DNA of 41,124 nucleotides, taken from positions 1 to 41,124 of IMG/VR virus record IMGVR_UViG_3300032216_000564; one strand, given 5' to 3'. The notes beneath the pieces are model-generated. The model saw only the letters and a list, made by a program, of their open reading frames with translations. It was not told where the DNA came from and ran no database searches. Source of the stretch: a virus (taxonomy: Duplodnaviria; Caudoviricetes). The position numbers were made by a program, and so were the translations under genes. Of the stretch, positions 1-10,601 are shown piece after piece (within the stretch, counting starts at the first letter, position 1; every line of letters starts with the position of its first letter).

Positions 1-1
1 A

Positions 2-172
2 ACATTAACTGTATTACAAACAGCTTGGGATCAAAGATACCAAGTAATAAGAAATAATCCATTTCCATATACCCAAAAAACCGATCTTCAATGGCAGTTT
101 TCCACAGCAAGCGGAACGCATATTGTAGGATTGATTTTGCAAGGTGTTTTAATAGCCAATACAGCATCTTAA
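2..172 (+). CDS. 3' end of a truncated gene, probably structural or tail-associated
   Basis: Frame 2 is open from the window edge (TLTVLQTAWDQRYQVIRNNPFPYTQKTDLQWQF...IANTAS) to TAA at 170-172. Function is inferred from position only. Confidence 0.6.
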   Translation, partial: TLTVLQTAWDQRYQVIRNNPFPYTQKTDLQWQFSTASGTHIVGLILQGVLIANTAS

Positions 173-208
173 TATGATACAATTACCCAAAATTAAGGAC
201 TTCTTTTT

Positions 209-2107
209 ATGGCATATCAATCACCCCAAGGTTTAGCATCGTTAGGTCGCAATGGCGACTCAATGCTTGTTCATATGAGCCCTTCAGAAGTAGCTGGCCT
301 TCAAGGTTTAGCTATGTCTCAAGGTGGTTCATTAACTGTAAATCCACATACAGGTCTTCCAGAAGCATTTAGTTTAGGTGGTTTCTTTAAATCATTACTT
401 CCTACAGTAGTAGGTGGTATTGCTTCTATGATTCCAGGCATGCAATTTGTATCTTATCCTATGCTTACAGGTATTTTAGCGGGTTCTGCTACAGGTGCTT
501 TAACAAATAAAAACAAATTATTAGGTGCTGTAACTGGTGGCTTAGGTGGTTATAGTGGTGCGGGTATTATGAATGCAGCTAAAGCTGCAGGTGCTGCAAT
601 CCCAGGTGTTACTGAAGCTGCTAATTCAGCTGTTGGAGTTGGAGGAGGTTCATCAGGACTTACAACAGGTGGTGGATTTATACCTAATGCTACTTCAGGA
701 GCAGACTTAGCTTACAATAATGCTATGTTAAATGCTACTAATGCTGGAGCTACTAATTCTGCAATATCTGGATCTTCAGGTGCTATGGATATTGATAAAG
801 CGTTGGCAGCGGGTAGACCTATTGGAATGGCGAATACATTTGCTAATACTGCTTCCATTCAACCCGATCCAACTTTTATGGGTAACTTATCTCAAGCTGG
901 TCGTGGTGCTTTAGGTGCCGTCACTGGTAATCAAGCTGCATTAGATGCATATACTAAAGCTATTGGTGCTGAGTCTGCTATGGGAGCTTTAGGTAAAACA
1001 GCATTACCGTTTGCAGGGGCGGCTATTACAGGTGGTTTAGAATCATCTGATTTATATGGTACACCTGTTCAAACATCATCTAAAGAAGAAAAATATGATC
1101 CTTATTCAAGATTAAATCTAGGTAATGACACAGGACTTCGTTTAGTTGCTAAAGGTGGTTATATTGATGGCTATGCTATGGGCGGTACAGTAACGACTGG
1201 CGGTTTAAAAGATTTGTATGCTACAACAGATTCATCTGCAAACCCACAATTAAGTCGTGATGGTTATGGTGTAGGCAGATTAGATAATTTAGCTAGACAA
1301 CAAGCGATGACTCAAGCTCAAACAACAGGTTATGCTGAAGGTGGGATTGCTAATTTAGATTTAAAAGATACTACTGTAGCTCCAGAACAAGCAGTATCTC
1401 CTGAAGCTACAGTGCTTAATGAAACAGTTAAGACACAAGCTCATGAAAATGAAATGAATAAATTAGGTCTTAATGCATTGGGTGCTAATATGCCTACTAA
1501 TAATTATGCACCTGGTTCATTAGCTACATTAGCTAATGCTATGAAGAATCAACCTATTGCTCCTGAAGCAGCATTTATACAAAACTTAACTGGTGCTAGA
1601 ACTGGTTATGCTGAAGGTGGAGAAACTCATATGAACCTAGATGATCTCCCTACACTTAATGTGAATAATGGATCTAATACCCCTGCAATAACTATTGCTC
1701 CTAGCACAAATAATAGACGTAATCCTTTTTTTGCAAATGCAATGGGTCAATCTGATTCAAGTAATTATAGACCAGGACCTTTTGGTAATGCCGGTATTAA
1801 TTTTGCATCTGATAATCGTAATGGGCTTTCTTTTAGAACTCTTGGTATGGCTCATGGTGGCTACTTAGATGGCCAAGGTGATGGTATGTCTGACTCAATC
1901 CCTGCTACAATAGAAGGTAAACAACCAGCTCGTTTAGCCGATGGAGAATTTGTAATACCTGCTGATGTAGTTTCTCATTTAGGTAATGGCTCTACTAAAG
2001 CGGGATCAAAACGTTTATATTCTATGTTAGACAAAGTTAGAAAAGCAAGAACTGGTCATACTAAACAAGGTAAACAAATTAAACCTGAAAAATACATGCC
2101 TGCATGA
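209..2107 (+). CDS. Putative internal virion / DNA ejection protein
   Basis: 632 aa, Gly/Ala-rich. N-terminal GRNGDSMLVHMSPSE...LTVNPHTGLPEAF and C-terminal GDGMSDSIPATIEG...ARLADGEFVIPADVV blocks resemble aquatic podophage virion proteins. AAGGA RBS upstream. Confidence 0.6.
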   Translation: MAYQSPQGLASLGRNGDSMLVHMSPSEVAGLQGLAMSQGGSLTVNPHTGLPEAFSLGGFFKSLLPTVVGGIASMIPGMQFVSYPMLTGILAGSATGALTNKNKLLGAVTGGLGGYSGAGIMNAAKAAGAAIPGVTEAANSAVGVGGGSSGLTTGGGFIPNATSGADLAYNNAMLNATNAGATNSAISGSSGAMDIDKALAAGRPIGMANTFANTASIQPDPTFMGNLSQAGRGALGAVTGNQAALDAYTKAIGAESAMGALGKTALPFAGAAITGGLESSDLYGTPVQTSSKEEKYDPYSRLNLGNDTGLRLVAKGGYIDGYAMGGTVTTGGLKDLYATTDSSANPQLSRDGYGVGRLDNLARQQAMTQAQTTGYAEGGIANLDLKDTTVAPEQAVSPEATVLNETVKTQAHENEMNKLGLNALGANMPTNNYAPGSLATLANAMKNQPIAPEAAFIQNLTGARTGYAEGGETHMNLDDLPTLNVNNGSNTPAITIAPSTNNRRNPFFANAMGQSDSSNYRPGPFGNAGINFASDNRNGLSFRTLGMAHGGYLDGQGDGMSDSIPATIEGKQPARLADGEFVIPADVVSHLGNGSTKAGSKRLYSMLDKVRKARTGHTKQGKQIKPEKYMPA

Positions 2108-2517
2108 TTAAAGTAGAATTAGTAGCGCCTGATTATGTATATCAGGTTTGGGATAATGTAAAAGATTATTTAGATGCTTCCATTAAAACTGGAACAGGAA
2201 CATGCACATTAGACCAATTAAAATTATTATTAGCTAAAAATTATCAAACTCTTATTGTTGGAGTTAATGAGCATAATGTAATTAAAGGAGCTATGACCGT
2301 TGAGATTATTAATTATCCCAATGCGCGTACTTTATTTATTACTGCTCTTGGTGGTACTGGTGTGGTAACAAATGATATATGGCAACAAGTTGAAGAATGG
2401 GCAAAATTACAAGGTGTTACAAAAATTAGTGCATGGTGTGAAGAAGCTCAAGCAAGATTGTATAAACAAAAAGCAGGTTTTAATACCATTAGATTCGTTG
2501 TGGAGAAAGATTTATGA
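2104..2517 (+). CDS. GNAT-fold acetyltransferase-like virion-associated protein
   Basis: 137 aa with pattern LFITALGG...EEWAKLQG...ARLYKQKAGF. ATGA-coupled to neighbours and located among ejection genes. Confidence 0.5.
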   Translation: MIKVELVAPDYVYQVWDNVKDYLDASIKTGTGTCTLDQLKLLLAKNYQTLIVGVNEHNVIKGAMTVEIINYPNARTLFITALGGTGVVTNDIWQQVEEWAKLQGVTKISAWCEEAQARLYKQKAGFNTIRFVVEKDL

Positions 2518-3626
2518 AATTATTTAATTTGTTTAATTGGGTTCAAACCCTAGTAGAATCATTTACATTCTATGGTTCTGGTGGTGGATCAGGTGGTGGA
2601 GGGGGTGGTAATACTACATCTACTTCTTATTCTACTAACTTACCTGAATACGCTAAGCCATACTATGAAGAGTTAATGAAACAATCTTCTAAGCAAGTAT
2701 ATTCTACTGATTCTTCTGGTAATGTTACTGGCGTTCAACCTATGCCTACTTATACAGGCGAACGTGTTGCAGGCTTTACTCCAGGTCAAACAGCTTTACA
2801 AGCAGAAACAATGGGTTTAAAAACTCCAGGTCAATTTGCTCAGTCAGGTTTAGGTTTAACAGCAGGTCAAACTATGGGTTATGGTGCAGGTGCTGCTGGT
2901 TTAGGTCAAGCTTTTGGTTATACTCCTGCAGCCGTAACTTCAGGTACATTTGGTGCACCAACTGCAGCGGCTTATATGTCTCCCTACGCATCTAACGTAA
3001 CTGATATTGCAGTTCGTGAAGCAGAAAAGCAAAGAGATTTAGCTAAAGCTGCAGGTATGTCAGGTTCTATTAGTCGTGGTACATTTGGTGGCGCACGTCA
3101 AGCTTTATTACAAGCTGAACAAGGTCGTGGCGCTGCTCAAAACATCGCTGATATTAGAGCTAAAGGCATGCAAGATGCTTATACAAATGCTCAAGCACAG
3201 TTTAATGCAGATCAAGCGCGTAACTTACAAGCTCAACAATTTACACAACAAGGTCAACAATACGCTGCTGGTTTAGGTAAAGATATTGGTCTTGCAGGTC
3301 TTGCTGCTGGTATTGATACTTCAGGTAAACTTGGTGCATTAGGTACAGCTGAACAAACTGCTAACTTAGAAAGATTGAAAGCTCAAGCTGCTACTGAAGG
3401 TGAAAAACAAGCACTACAACAACAAATTGATGATATGAAATATCAACAATTCCAGGAAGCTCAAAACTATCCTAAATCACAAGTTGAGTGGCTCAGTAAT
3501 ATTCTTCGTGGTAATGCAGGTGCTTTGGGTTCAACTCAGGTACAATATACACCACAACCAAGTACAGCATCACAGATAGCCAGTTTAGGTTTATCTGGCC
3601 TTGCTCTTTCTAAAGCTTTATCATAG
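2514..3626 (+). CDS. Putative DNA ejection (pilot) protein
   Basis: 370 aa with an N-terminal poly-Gly/Ser/Thr tract, Gln/Ala-rich helices, a GTFGGARQA motif and a hydrophobic Gly/Leu C-terminus. Confidence 0.6.
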   Translation: MKLFNLFNWVQTLVESFTFYGSGGGSGGGGGGNTTSTSYSTNLPEYAKPYYEELMKQSSKQVYSTDSSGNVTGVQPMPTYTGERVAGFTPGQTALQAETMGLKTPGQFAQSGLGLTAGQTMGYGAGAAGLGQAFGYTPAAVTSGTFGAPTAAAYMSPYASNVTDIAVREAEKQRDLAKAAGMSGSISRGTFGGARQALLQAEQGRGAAQNIADIRAKGMQDAYTNAQAQFNADQARNLQAQQFTQQGQQYAAGLGKDIGLAGLAAGIDTSGKLGALGTAEQTANLERLKAQAATEGEKQALQQQIDDMKYQQFQEAQNYPKSQVEWLSNILRGNAGALGSTQVQYTPQPSTASQIASLGLSGLALSKALS

Positions 3627-3635
3627 GATTAATAT

Positions 3636-5009
3636 ATGTTTAGTAAACCAGGTAGCGTTGATTTAAATAAAACTCTTAATGATTTAATTCAAGCTGGACA
3701 AAGAGATCCTAATATACTATTAAAATATAGTCAAAATCCTCCTCCAGAATTTGGTTCTCAAGGTAAGTTACTTGTTAGTCTTGCTGCAAGTGCAGTTGCT
3801 CGTGACAAATCAGCTACTAAAACAATGCAACCTAGTCCTACTAAAACAATTGCTGAACAAATTAATAATAAATTAGTTGAATCTACTCAACCTCAAGGTA
3901 TTGCTGGTTTAAATAATCAAGCTGCACCTACTCAAGCAGGTATTAATAGTCCAACAGCTGCGCCAGCACCTCAATCTATGGATGGTGGTGTTGCTTCATT
4001 ACCTGTTGATGAAGGTATGTATAATGAACAAAATTTTGCTAATGGTGGTATTGTTTCATTTGCTGCAGGTGGTAAACCTGCATACGATTATAAATATGAT
4101 TATGAAAAATATTATAATGATCCAGCAGGTTCATTAATGGAAGTACCTGATGTTCCAACACCTGATGATTTAAAAATGCAAACACAAGCACTTAAATCAA
4201 ATTTTGTAGATCCTAATTATTATGGTGATACAGAAAAATCTATTAAAGCTGATACTTTAGCTGATTTAGCTGATGTTAAAAGAATGGGTCAATCAGATAT
4301 ATTATTTAAATTAGCTGAAGGTTTTGGTACCACTCCAGGTGGTTTTGTAAGAGGAGCTGTAGCTGCTGGAACTAAAGCAGGACCAGCTGTTGCTGAAATG
4401 AATAAATCTATGTTAGCTGCTAAACGATTAGAACGTGATGCAACTAATAAACTTAAACAATCTAAATATGCTGAATCAATTGGTGATTACAAAACTGCTA
4501 CGGAACTTAAAATGTCTGCAGAAAAAGATGCGTTTGAAGCTAAGAAAACTAATGCTACACTTAATACTCAACTTGGTCTTGCTAGAGCAAAAGCTCTTAA
4601 AGGTGCTGGTTTAGATGAAGCTAAATTAAGAGTACAAGTTGAAAAAGTAGCTGTTGAAAAAATGAAAGCTCAATATCCAGCTGGTGCATATGAAGCTCTT
4701 ATGCGTGATCGTCCTGATGTATATAGCGCTGAACTTAATAGATATAAAAAAGAAACAGAAGGATATATACTTAATAATATTACAGCTAAAAATTTACCTG
4801 CTAATTATATGGAAAATCTTCAAAAAAATAAAGTAAATGCTACATTAGCAGGAAGTAAAGCTCCTATAACTGCACAACCTGCTAATAGATCTAAACTATT
4901 AAATAAGTATCCTGCTACAGGAAGTCGTTCTGCAAATACTCAAGCAGAACTATCTACTGATTGGGGTTCTGCAGGACCTCATGAACCGGAAGACGACGAA
5001 TCTCAATAA
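3636..5009 (+). CDS. Putative internal virion protein
   Basis: 457 aa between the pilot-like gene and the giant gene. Carries the FANGGIVSFAAGG motif shared with 209..2107. Confidence 0.5.
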   Translation: MFSKPGSVDLNKTLNDLIQAGQRDPNILLKYSQNPPPEFGSQGKLLVSLAASAVARDKSATKTMQPSPTKTIAEQINNKLVESTQPQGIAGLNNQAAPTQAGINSPTAAPAPQSMDGGVASLPVDEGMYNEQNFANGGIVSFAAGGKPAYDYKYDYEKYYNDPAGSLMEVPDVPTPDDLKMQTQALKSNFVDPNYYGDTEKSIKADTLADLADVKRMGQSDILFKLAEGFGTTPGGFVRGAVAAGTKAGPAVAEMNKSMLAAKRLERDATNKLKQSKYAESIGDYKTATELKMSAEKDAFEAKKTNATLNTQLGLARAKALKGAGLDEAKLRVQVEKVAVEKMKAQYPAGAYEALMRDRPDVYSAELNRYKKETEGYILNNITAKNLPANYMENLQKNKVNATLAGSKAPITAQPANRSKLLNKYPATGSRSANTQAELSTDWGSAGPHEPEDDESQ

Positions 5010-5015
5010 TACAAA

Positions 5016-5252
5016 ATGGAAGACATAAACGCCCTTTACACGGCCCTCGAACAAGCTGATGCAGCTGGTGATAAAAATACTGCTCAAACTTTAGCAGATA
5101 GAATAAGATCACTATCTCCAGAAAATATTGCTAATGAATCTACAGATGATATGGATTCTCTTTTTGATGAATTAGAAAAAGCTGATGCTGCAGGTGATAA
5201 AGCAACCGCACAAAAATTAGCTGATCAAATCAGAGCTTTAACTCCTGAAGAA
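5016..5252 (+). repeat. Twice-repeated ~30-aa N-terminal motif
   Basis: LYTALEQADAAGDKNTAQTLADRIRSLSPE and LFDELEKADAAGDKATAQKLADQIRALTPE. Confidence 0.85.
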
Positions 5253-8200
5253 GTTCCTACTGAAGAAGCCCCTCCTGTTACAAAATCACAACCTAAACCA
5301 GAAGATGTAGGCTTTTTAGCTCGCGCTAAAGAATCATTAAAAGAAGGTGTTACTTCTTTTGGTGGTATTAAACGTGGCTATGAATTAGGCTCAGCTAAAG
5401 ATAGTGGTGATTTAAAAGCTGCTGGTAAAAAGATGGAAGAGATTAAAGCCAAAGCTGCTCAACCTGTAACCCCTACCTTAACAGCTGCAGATATCAATCG
5501 TATTGCTCATGATAAAGGTATTCTTCCAGCAAGTATGCAGGTGCCTTCTTATATAGCAGAAAACATTCTTAAATCAGGTCCTGAAATGATGGTGCCTTTA
5601 TTAACCACCTACGCTACAACTGTATTAGCTTCTCCTACAGGATTAGCTGCTCCATTTATTGGTACAGCTGCTGGTGTCGGTGCTTATGGTTTACAACAAT
5701 ATGGTCACTTCATGGAAACACAAGGTTTAGTAAAACATGCTCCTGAAGAATTAGATCCTAATCAAGCTAGAAAATGGGCAGCAATTACTGCACCTATTGG
5801 TTATCTTGTAGATAGATTTACTGCCGGTATGGGAAGTAAAGTAGGTCAAAAAACTGTAGTGGGTAAAGTAATGGAAGAAATTGCTAAACGTAGAGCTGCG
5901 GGGGAAGGAGTTAAAGCTGCAGTAGCAAAAGAAGTAGGTAAAGAAACCCTTAAAGGCGGAGCAAGGGGTATTACAGAAATGCCAACAGAAATGCTTGAAC
6001 AAGCTGCAGAAATACATCAAGCAGGGGGTGATTTATCTACAGAAGAATCTAAACAACAATTATGGGAAGCAGGTTGGGGAGGTTTAGCTGTTGGTGCTGG
6101 TGTAGGTAGTGCAGCTCATGCTTATCAAAAATATCAAGAATTTAAAGAAGCTAAAAATGTTGAGGACAAAGTCCAACAAAGTGAACAACGTGAAGAGGAT
6201 TTATCAAAAGGACGTCCGTCACGAGATACAATGATTGATGAAACATGGAAAGATTTACAATCCAAAGCTAAACCTATTGAACCTGAAGTTGAAGAAGCCG
6301 AAGTTACAACAGAGCCGACAACGACCCTAGATAAAACTACGTTAACTTCGTGGGGATTAAATCCCAAGTCTAATGCATTTAAAGCACTAGAAGGTGTTGA
6401 TGGTTCTACAGATGAAGGTCGTGATTTAATTAATAAGACGTTAGAAGCTAACAAGGGTAAAATAAACGAAACAGCAGTAGATGATTACTTAAAAGGAGTT
6501 GAAAGTGGAAGACCTATCACTGGAACAGCTACAGTTAGCGATGAGATACTTGGAGGACAAGTCGATGGAATTGCCGGAGGAGCTCAAGGACGTTTCGGAC
6601 CTGCAGTTGATTTCAGTGGAAGTCTTACTGGATTCGCTCAAGAGGGAAAAACGGATGTCAACGCTCCACTAGAAACACTTAAAGGGCCTGAAGCCAAAGC
6701 TAAAGCACAACCTACTGAAGGTAAAGCACGTATTATGAGTGTTATGGAGTTGCTTAATCAACCTGATCTTAATCTACGTTATGAAGCTAGAACTAAATAC
6801 ATTCAAAATCTTAAAGATAATGCGGCTATTCAGTATTCAAAATATGAAGCTAAGTTAAAAGAATTAGCTAAAAAAGTATCACCTACATTACCTATTGTTA
6901 AACAGTCTAATAACTTAGCTAATGTTCTTACTGCACTTAAAGATCCTCCTAGATATCTCATAGAAGATTTAAAAAACCCTAACGTTATTGATACAGAACG
7001 TAAAGAGTTAAATCAACAAGCACGTGACTATATAACTTTAAGTAATCTTTATGATGAATATAAAGTTAAGATGACTCCTCAAGAGCAAAAAGCTCTTATG
7101 CAAGAAGGTGTTGAAGCTTCTAAAGGTGAATCAACTGTATCTCCTAAATCACTTACAGATGAAGAAGCTAGAACTATGCAAGAAGAGTTCCTTGCTAATA
7201 GACAGGAAGAGCCTCTTGAGTCTAGAACAGAAGGAACGCCTGAAGGTCAAACAATTGTTAATTCAACTAAACCTGCTAATACTTTAGGTCAAGCACTCAG
7301 CATAATTAAAAGACAACATTTCGATAAACTTAATCCTGTTCAAAAGGTATTACATGGCTTGTTTGAAACACTACCTAACGTGCTTAAAGGTAAATATAAA
7401 GTTATGGGTATGCCTAAAGGTGAGTATGGTAAGTATCGTTCTATTCTTAATGATACTACTATTAGCCCTAAAGCAGGAACTGATTCAATCTATCACGAAG
7501 GTACTCATGCTGCTACAGTATGGGCGGTAAGACGTCATGTAACAATGGATAAAAATGGTAGACCTAAAGCTAAAGGTAATTCTGTTGTAGGTCAACAACT
7601 TGTAGATATATTTGATGCAGCTGAAGTAGCTGCCATGCAGGAAGAAAGAACGTTTGGGGATGCCTTTAAAAACATGGAAGAGTTTGTATCATATGCGTTC
7701 AATGATAAAGACTTCCAATTATTTTTATCTAAACAAAGAAGTGTAGCTCCTACCCCTGCACCTAAATCATCATTATGGTTTGATTTAATGAATGCATTCA
7801 ATAAACTCTTGGGTCTAGATATTTCTAATTCTTTAATGAGTGATATTGTAAGTCTAACACCAGAATTAATGACAGGTGAAAGACCAGGAGCTGTAGAAGC
7901 ATTGGGTCCTGAAGTAACATTACAACATAGATCTGCAAGAGATATGGATGACCAGTTAAGAAGAACTGGAACGGTTCGTCCTAAAGTAGAACCTCCTAAA
8001 CTTCCATTTAGTCCTGTAGTAAAAATAAATCAATTTAGAAAAGCCGCGTTTTCATTTGATATGTCTGTTAATAAAAAGATATTAAATACATTAAGAGCTG
8101 CTGGTGTATCTATGGAAGATTATGCCAAAGCTTTCTATCAATTAGTTGTATCACAAGCAGTTAAAGCAGATGCGGTAGCTGCTGCATTTTTACATTATGG

Positions 8201-10601
8201 TAATATTGATTACAATCCTGAAAAATATAAGTTTGATATAACAAAATCAGATGTAAGTATGAAAAAAGTAAATGACGTTATTCGTAATATTTCTAAAAAA
8301 TATAAATATGATCTTTTAAAAACTTATCAATATGCAAGTGCAGCATTTATTGCACTTAGATCAAAAGGCTTAATTGAATCTAATAGACAGTTAAAAGCTG
8401 AAGTGTTGAACTTACTTAATCAAGGCAAAAAACAACAAGCCGAAAAGCTTTTACGTAAAAACTATAAACTTGTTCATATGAATCGTGCTGAAATACAAGC
8501 AGGATTAAAATTCTTTGAGGATATTCCTGAATTAAAAGATGCTTATGATATATGGAACGGTGTTCGTGAAAAGGTTTTAAAATTTGCTGCAGAGCGAGGA
8601 TTGTATACCCAGGAAAAAATTGAAGATTTATTAGCAATTATGGATTATGTACCTTTCTATACCATAGCACAGTTAGAAGCTAGAAAAGGTCCTAAAGAAT
8701 ATTCTAATGGCTTATTGGATGCTACTAAAGATAAATCATTCCGAGGCTCTCATCAAGAAGTTAATAACGTGATCGATAATATGGAAAAATGGGTATCTTA
8801 TATTATAAGAAAAGGTATCAATAACCATTACGCTAAAAATAAAATTGATCTATATAAGCAAACACATCCTGATGATATTAAACCTTTCCCTCTAGGTAAA
8901 CGAAGCGAAACAGGTAATACTGTAACTATATGGGAAAACGGTACACCTAGTCGTTATGAATTTCAAGGTCCTGATGGCGCACATATGGTTGATGGCTTTA
9001 CAGGTTTAGAACCTGTTATGATTCCATGGTTAAAATATTGGTCCATGCCTTCTAAATTTTTACGATTAAACATTGTATTAAATCCTATATTCTCTTTACG
9101 TCAGATTCCTATGGATATGTTTAATGCTGTAACGGCTTCAGGAGTTAAACATGGTTATTTAATTCCGCTACAAATAATGAAAGAATTAGTATTAAGTCCA
9201 TTGTTTTTGAGTAATGCAAGGCAAGAACTTAAAAAAACAATAACAGTAGGTCAGCCTGATTATAGTAAAGAATTTAATCATATTGATGTTGAAGCATCTA
9301 AGGAAGCTAGAAAATTAAATAGTGTAGATAAACTTTTAAAAGCTATTATGTCTCCACTAACTTTCTTATCAATGGCTTCTGATAATTTAATTCGTCAAGC
9401 AGTATATTCACAACATATGCTTGAAACTGGTGATAAAGCATTAGCTACTAATGCTGCTGAAGAAATTATTAACTTTAGAAGAACAGGTTCATCACAAGGT
9501 ATTGCAATTACAAGAGAAATAGCACCCTTTGTTAATGCAAACTTACAGGGTTTACACATTAATATTGCAACCTTTATGGGAGATAGTATTAACCCTTTAA
9601 CTAAAAAACAAGCGATTTTAAGATATTGGTCTAATGGAGCAGCTATTGTAGGTGCTACTTTATTATATTTAGCCATGATGTCAGATGATGATGAGTATAA
9701 AAAATTAGATCCTACGGAAAAAGATTCATTCTTTATCCTTCCAAATGGATACAAGATCCCTATGCGTTATGATCTTCCAACGTTATTATTTAAAGTTATT
9801 CCTGAACATATATTTAACAGATATATTGATGAAACAGAAGATCCAACTAAATTTAAAAAAGCTTTAAAAGAAGGTGTTATAAGAGCTTTAGCAACACCAT
9901 CAATTATGCCAACTGTAGCTGGGGCTCCTTTTGAAGCAAAATTAAATAAAGATTTTAATACTAATAGAGATATTGTAGGTCAAGGATTACAAGGGTTAGA
10001 ACCTGAACAACAATATAGTCCTAAAAATACATCTGAATTAGCTAGAATTTTAGGAGGTAATACAGTATCGCCTATGATGGTGGATCATTTCTTACAAAAA
10101 TATTTAGCAACTTCTATGGGTTTAATTGCGTGGATTACTAATGATATGATTGCAGAACAACAAGGTCGTCAACGTCCTGAAAAAACATTTAAAGAAAAAT
10201 TACTTGATATACCTAATATGAGTGGATTTGTAACCAAACTTGAAGGTAGCAGAAATATTAATGACTTCTATGAACTTAATCAAGAAGTGCAACGTGTTGT
10301 TAAGTCATTCCCTAAATACAAAGATGTAAGTATTGAGGAAGCTCAAAAATATTTAGATAAAGATAACAATAGAGAACTTATTCAATTACAAAAATCTATG
10401 GACAGGGTATCTAACTTCTTATCAAGATTACGTGAAGAAGAAAATAGAGTTTATAACTCTACTACTATGTCTGCAAGGGATAAACAAGCTGCATTAAATA
10501 GAATTATGCATGATAGGCAAGAAGCATTAGGTTTCAAAGTTCAAATAGGTGAAACAAAAGACCGCTTTATTCAGCAGCTTAGAAAACAAGGTGGCTTATA
10601 A
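5016..10601 (+). CDS. Large polyvalent-type virion/ejection protein with a zincin (HExxH) domain and LPD38-like C-terminus
   Basis: 1861 aa. Contains YHEGTHA followed by EEFVSYAF, a C-terminal DDEYKKLDPTEKDSFFILPNGYKIP segment resembling LPD38, and a duplicated N-terminal helical motif. Confidence 0.6.
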   Translation: MEDINALYTALEQADAAGDKNTAQTLADRIRSLSPENIANESTDDMDSLFDELEKADAAGDKATAQKLADQIRALTPEEVPTEEAPPVTKSQPKPEDVGFLARAKESLKEGVTSFGGIKRGYELGSAKDSGDLKAAGKKMEEIKAKAAQPVTPTLTAADINRIAHDKGILPASMQVPSYIAENILKSGPEMMVPLLTTYATTVLASPTGLAAPFIGTAAGVGAYGLQQYGHFMETQGLVKHAPEELDPNQARKWAAITAPIGYLVDRFTAGMGSKVGQKTVVGKVMEEIAKRRAAGEGVKAAVAKEVGKETLKGGARGITEMPTEMLEQAAEIHQAGGDLSTEESKQQLWEAGWGGLAVGAGVGSAAHAYQKYQEFKEAKNVEDKVQQSEQREEDLSKGRPSRDTMIDETWKDLQSKAKPIEPEVEEAEVTTEPTTTLDKTTLTSWGLNPKSNAFKALEGVDGSTDEGRDLINKTLEANKGKINETAVDDYLKGVESGRPITGTATVSDEILGGQVDGIAGGAQGRFGPAVDFSGSLTGFAQEGKTDVNAPLETLKGPEAKAKAQPTEGKARIMSVMELLNQPDLNLRYEARTKYIQNLKDNAAIQYSKYEAKLKELAKKVSPTLPIVKQSNNLANVLTALKDPPRYLIEDLKNPNVIDTERKELNQQARDYITLSNLYDEYKVKMTPQEQKALMQEGVEASKGESTVSPKSLTDEEARTMQEEFLANRQEEPLESRTEGTPEGQTIVNSTKPANTLGQALSIIKRQHFDKLNPVQKVLHGLFETLPNVLKGKYKVMGMPKGEYGKYRSILNDTTISPKAGTDSIYHEGTHAATVWAVRRHVTMDKNGRPKAKGNSVVGQQLVDIFDAAEVAAMQEERTFGDAFKNMEEFVSYAFNDKDFQLFLSKQRSVAPTPAPKSSLWFDLMNAFNKLLGLDISNSLMSDIVSLTPELMTGERPGAVEALGPEVTLQHRSARDMDDQLRRTGTVRPKVEPPKLPFSPVVKINQFRKAAFSFDMSVNKKILNTLRAAGVSMEDYAKAFYQLVVSQAVKADAVAAAFLHYGNIDYNPEKYKFDITKSDVSMKKVNDVIRNISKKYKYDLLKTYQYASAAFIALRSKGLIESNRQLKAEVLNLLNQGKKQQAEKLLRKNYKLVHMNRAEIQAGLKFFEDIPELKDAYDIWNGVREKVLKFAAERGLYTQEKIEDLLAIMDYVPFYTIAQLEARKGPKEYSNGLLDATKDKSFRGSHQEVNNVIDNMEKWVSYIIRKGINNHYAKNKIDLYKQTHPDDIKPFPLGKRSETGNTVTIWENGTPSRYEFQGPDGAHMVDGFTGLEPVMIPWLKYWSMPSKFLRLNIVLNPIFSLRQIPMDMFNAVTASGVKHGYLIPLQIMKELVLSPLFLSNARQELKKTITVGQPDYSKEFNHIDVEASKEARKLNSVDKLLKAIMSPLTFLSMASDNLIRQAVYSQHMLETGDKALATNAAEEIINFRRTGSSQGIAITREIAPFVNANLQGLHINIATFMGDSINPLTKKQAILRYWSNGAAIVGATLLYLAMMSDDDEYKKLDPTEKDSFFILPNGYKIPMRYDLPTLLFKVIPEHIFNRYIDETEDPTKFKKALKEGVIRALATPSIMPTVAGAPFEAKLNKDFNTNRDIVGQGLQGLEPEQQYSPKNTSELARILGGNTVSPMMVDHFLQKYLATSMGLIAWITNDMIAEQQGRQRPEKTFKEKLLDIPNMSGFVTKLEGSRNINDFYELNQEVQRVVKSFPKYKDVSIEEAQKYLDKDNNRELIQLQKSMDRVSNFLSRLREEENRVYNSTTMSARDKQAALNRIMHDRQEALGFKVQIGETKDRFIQQLRKQGGL

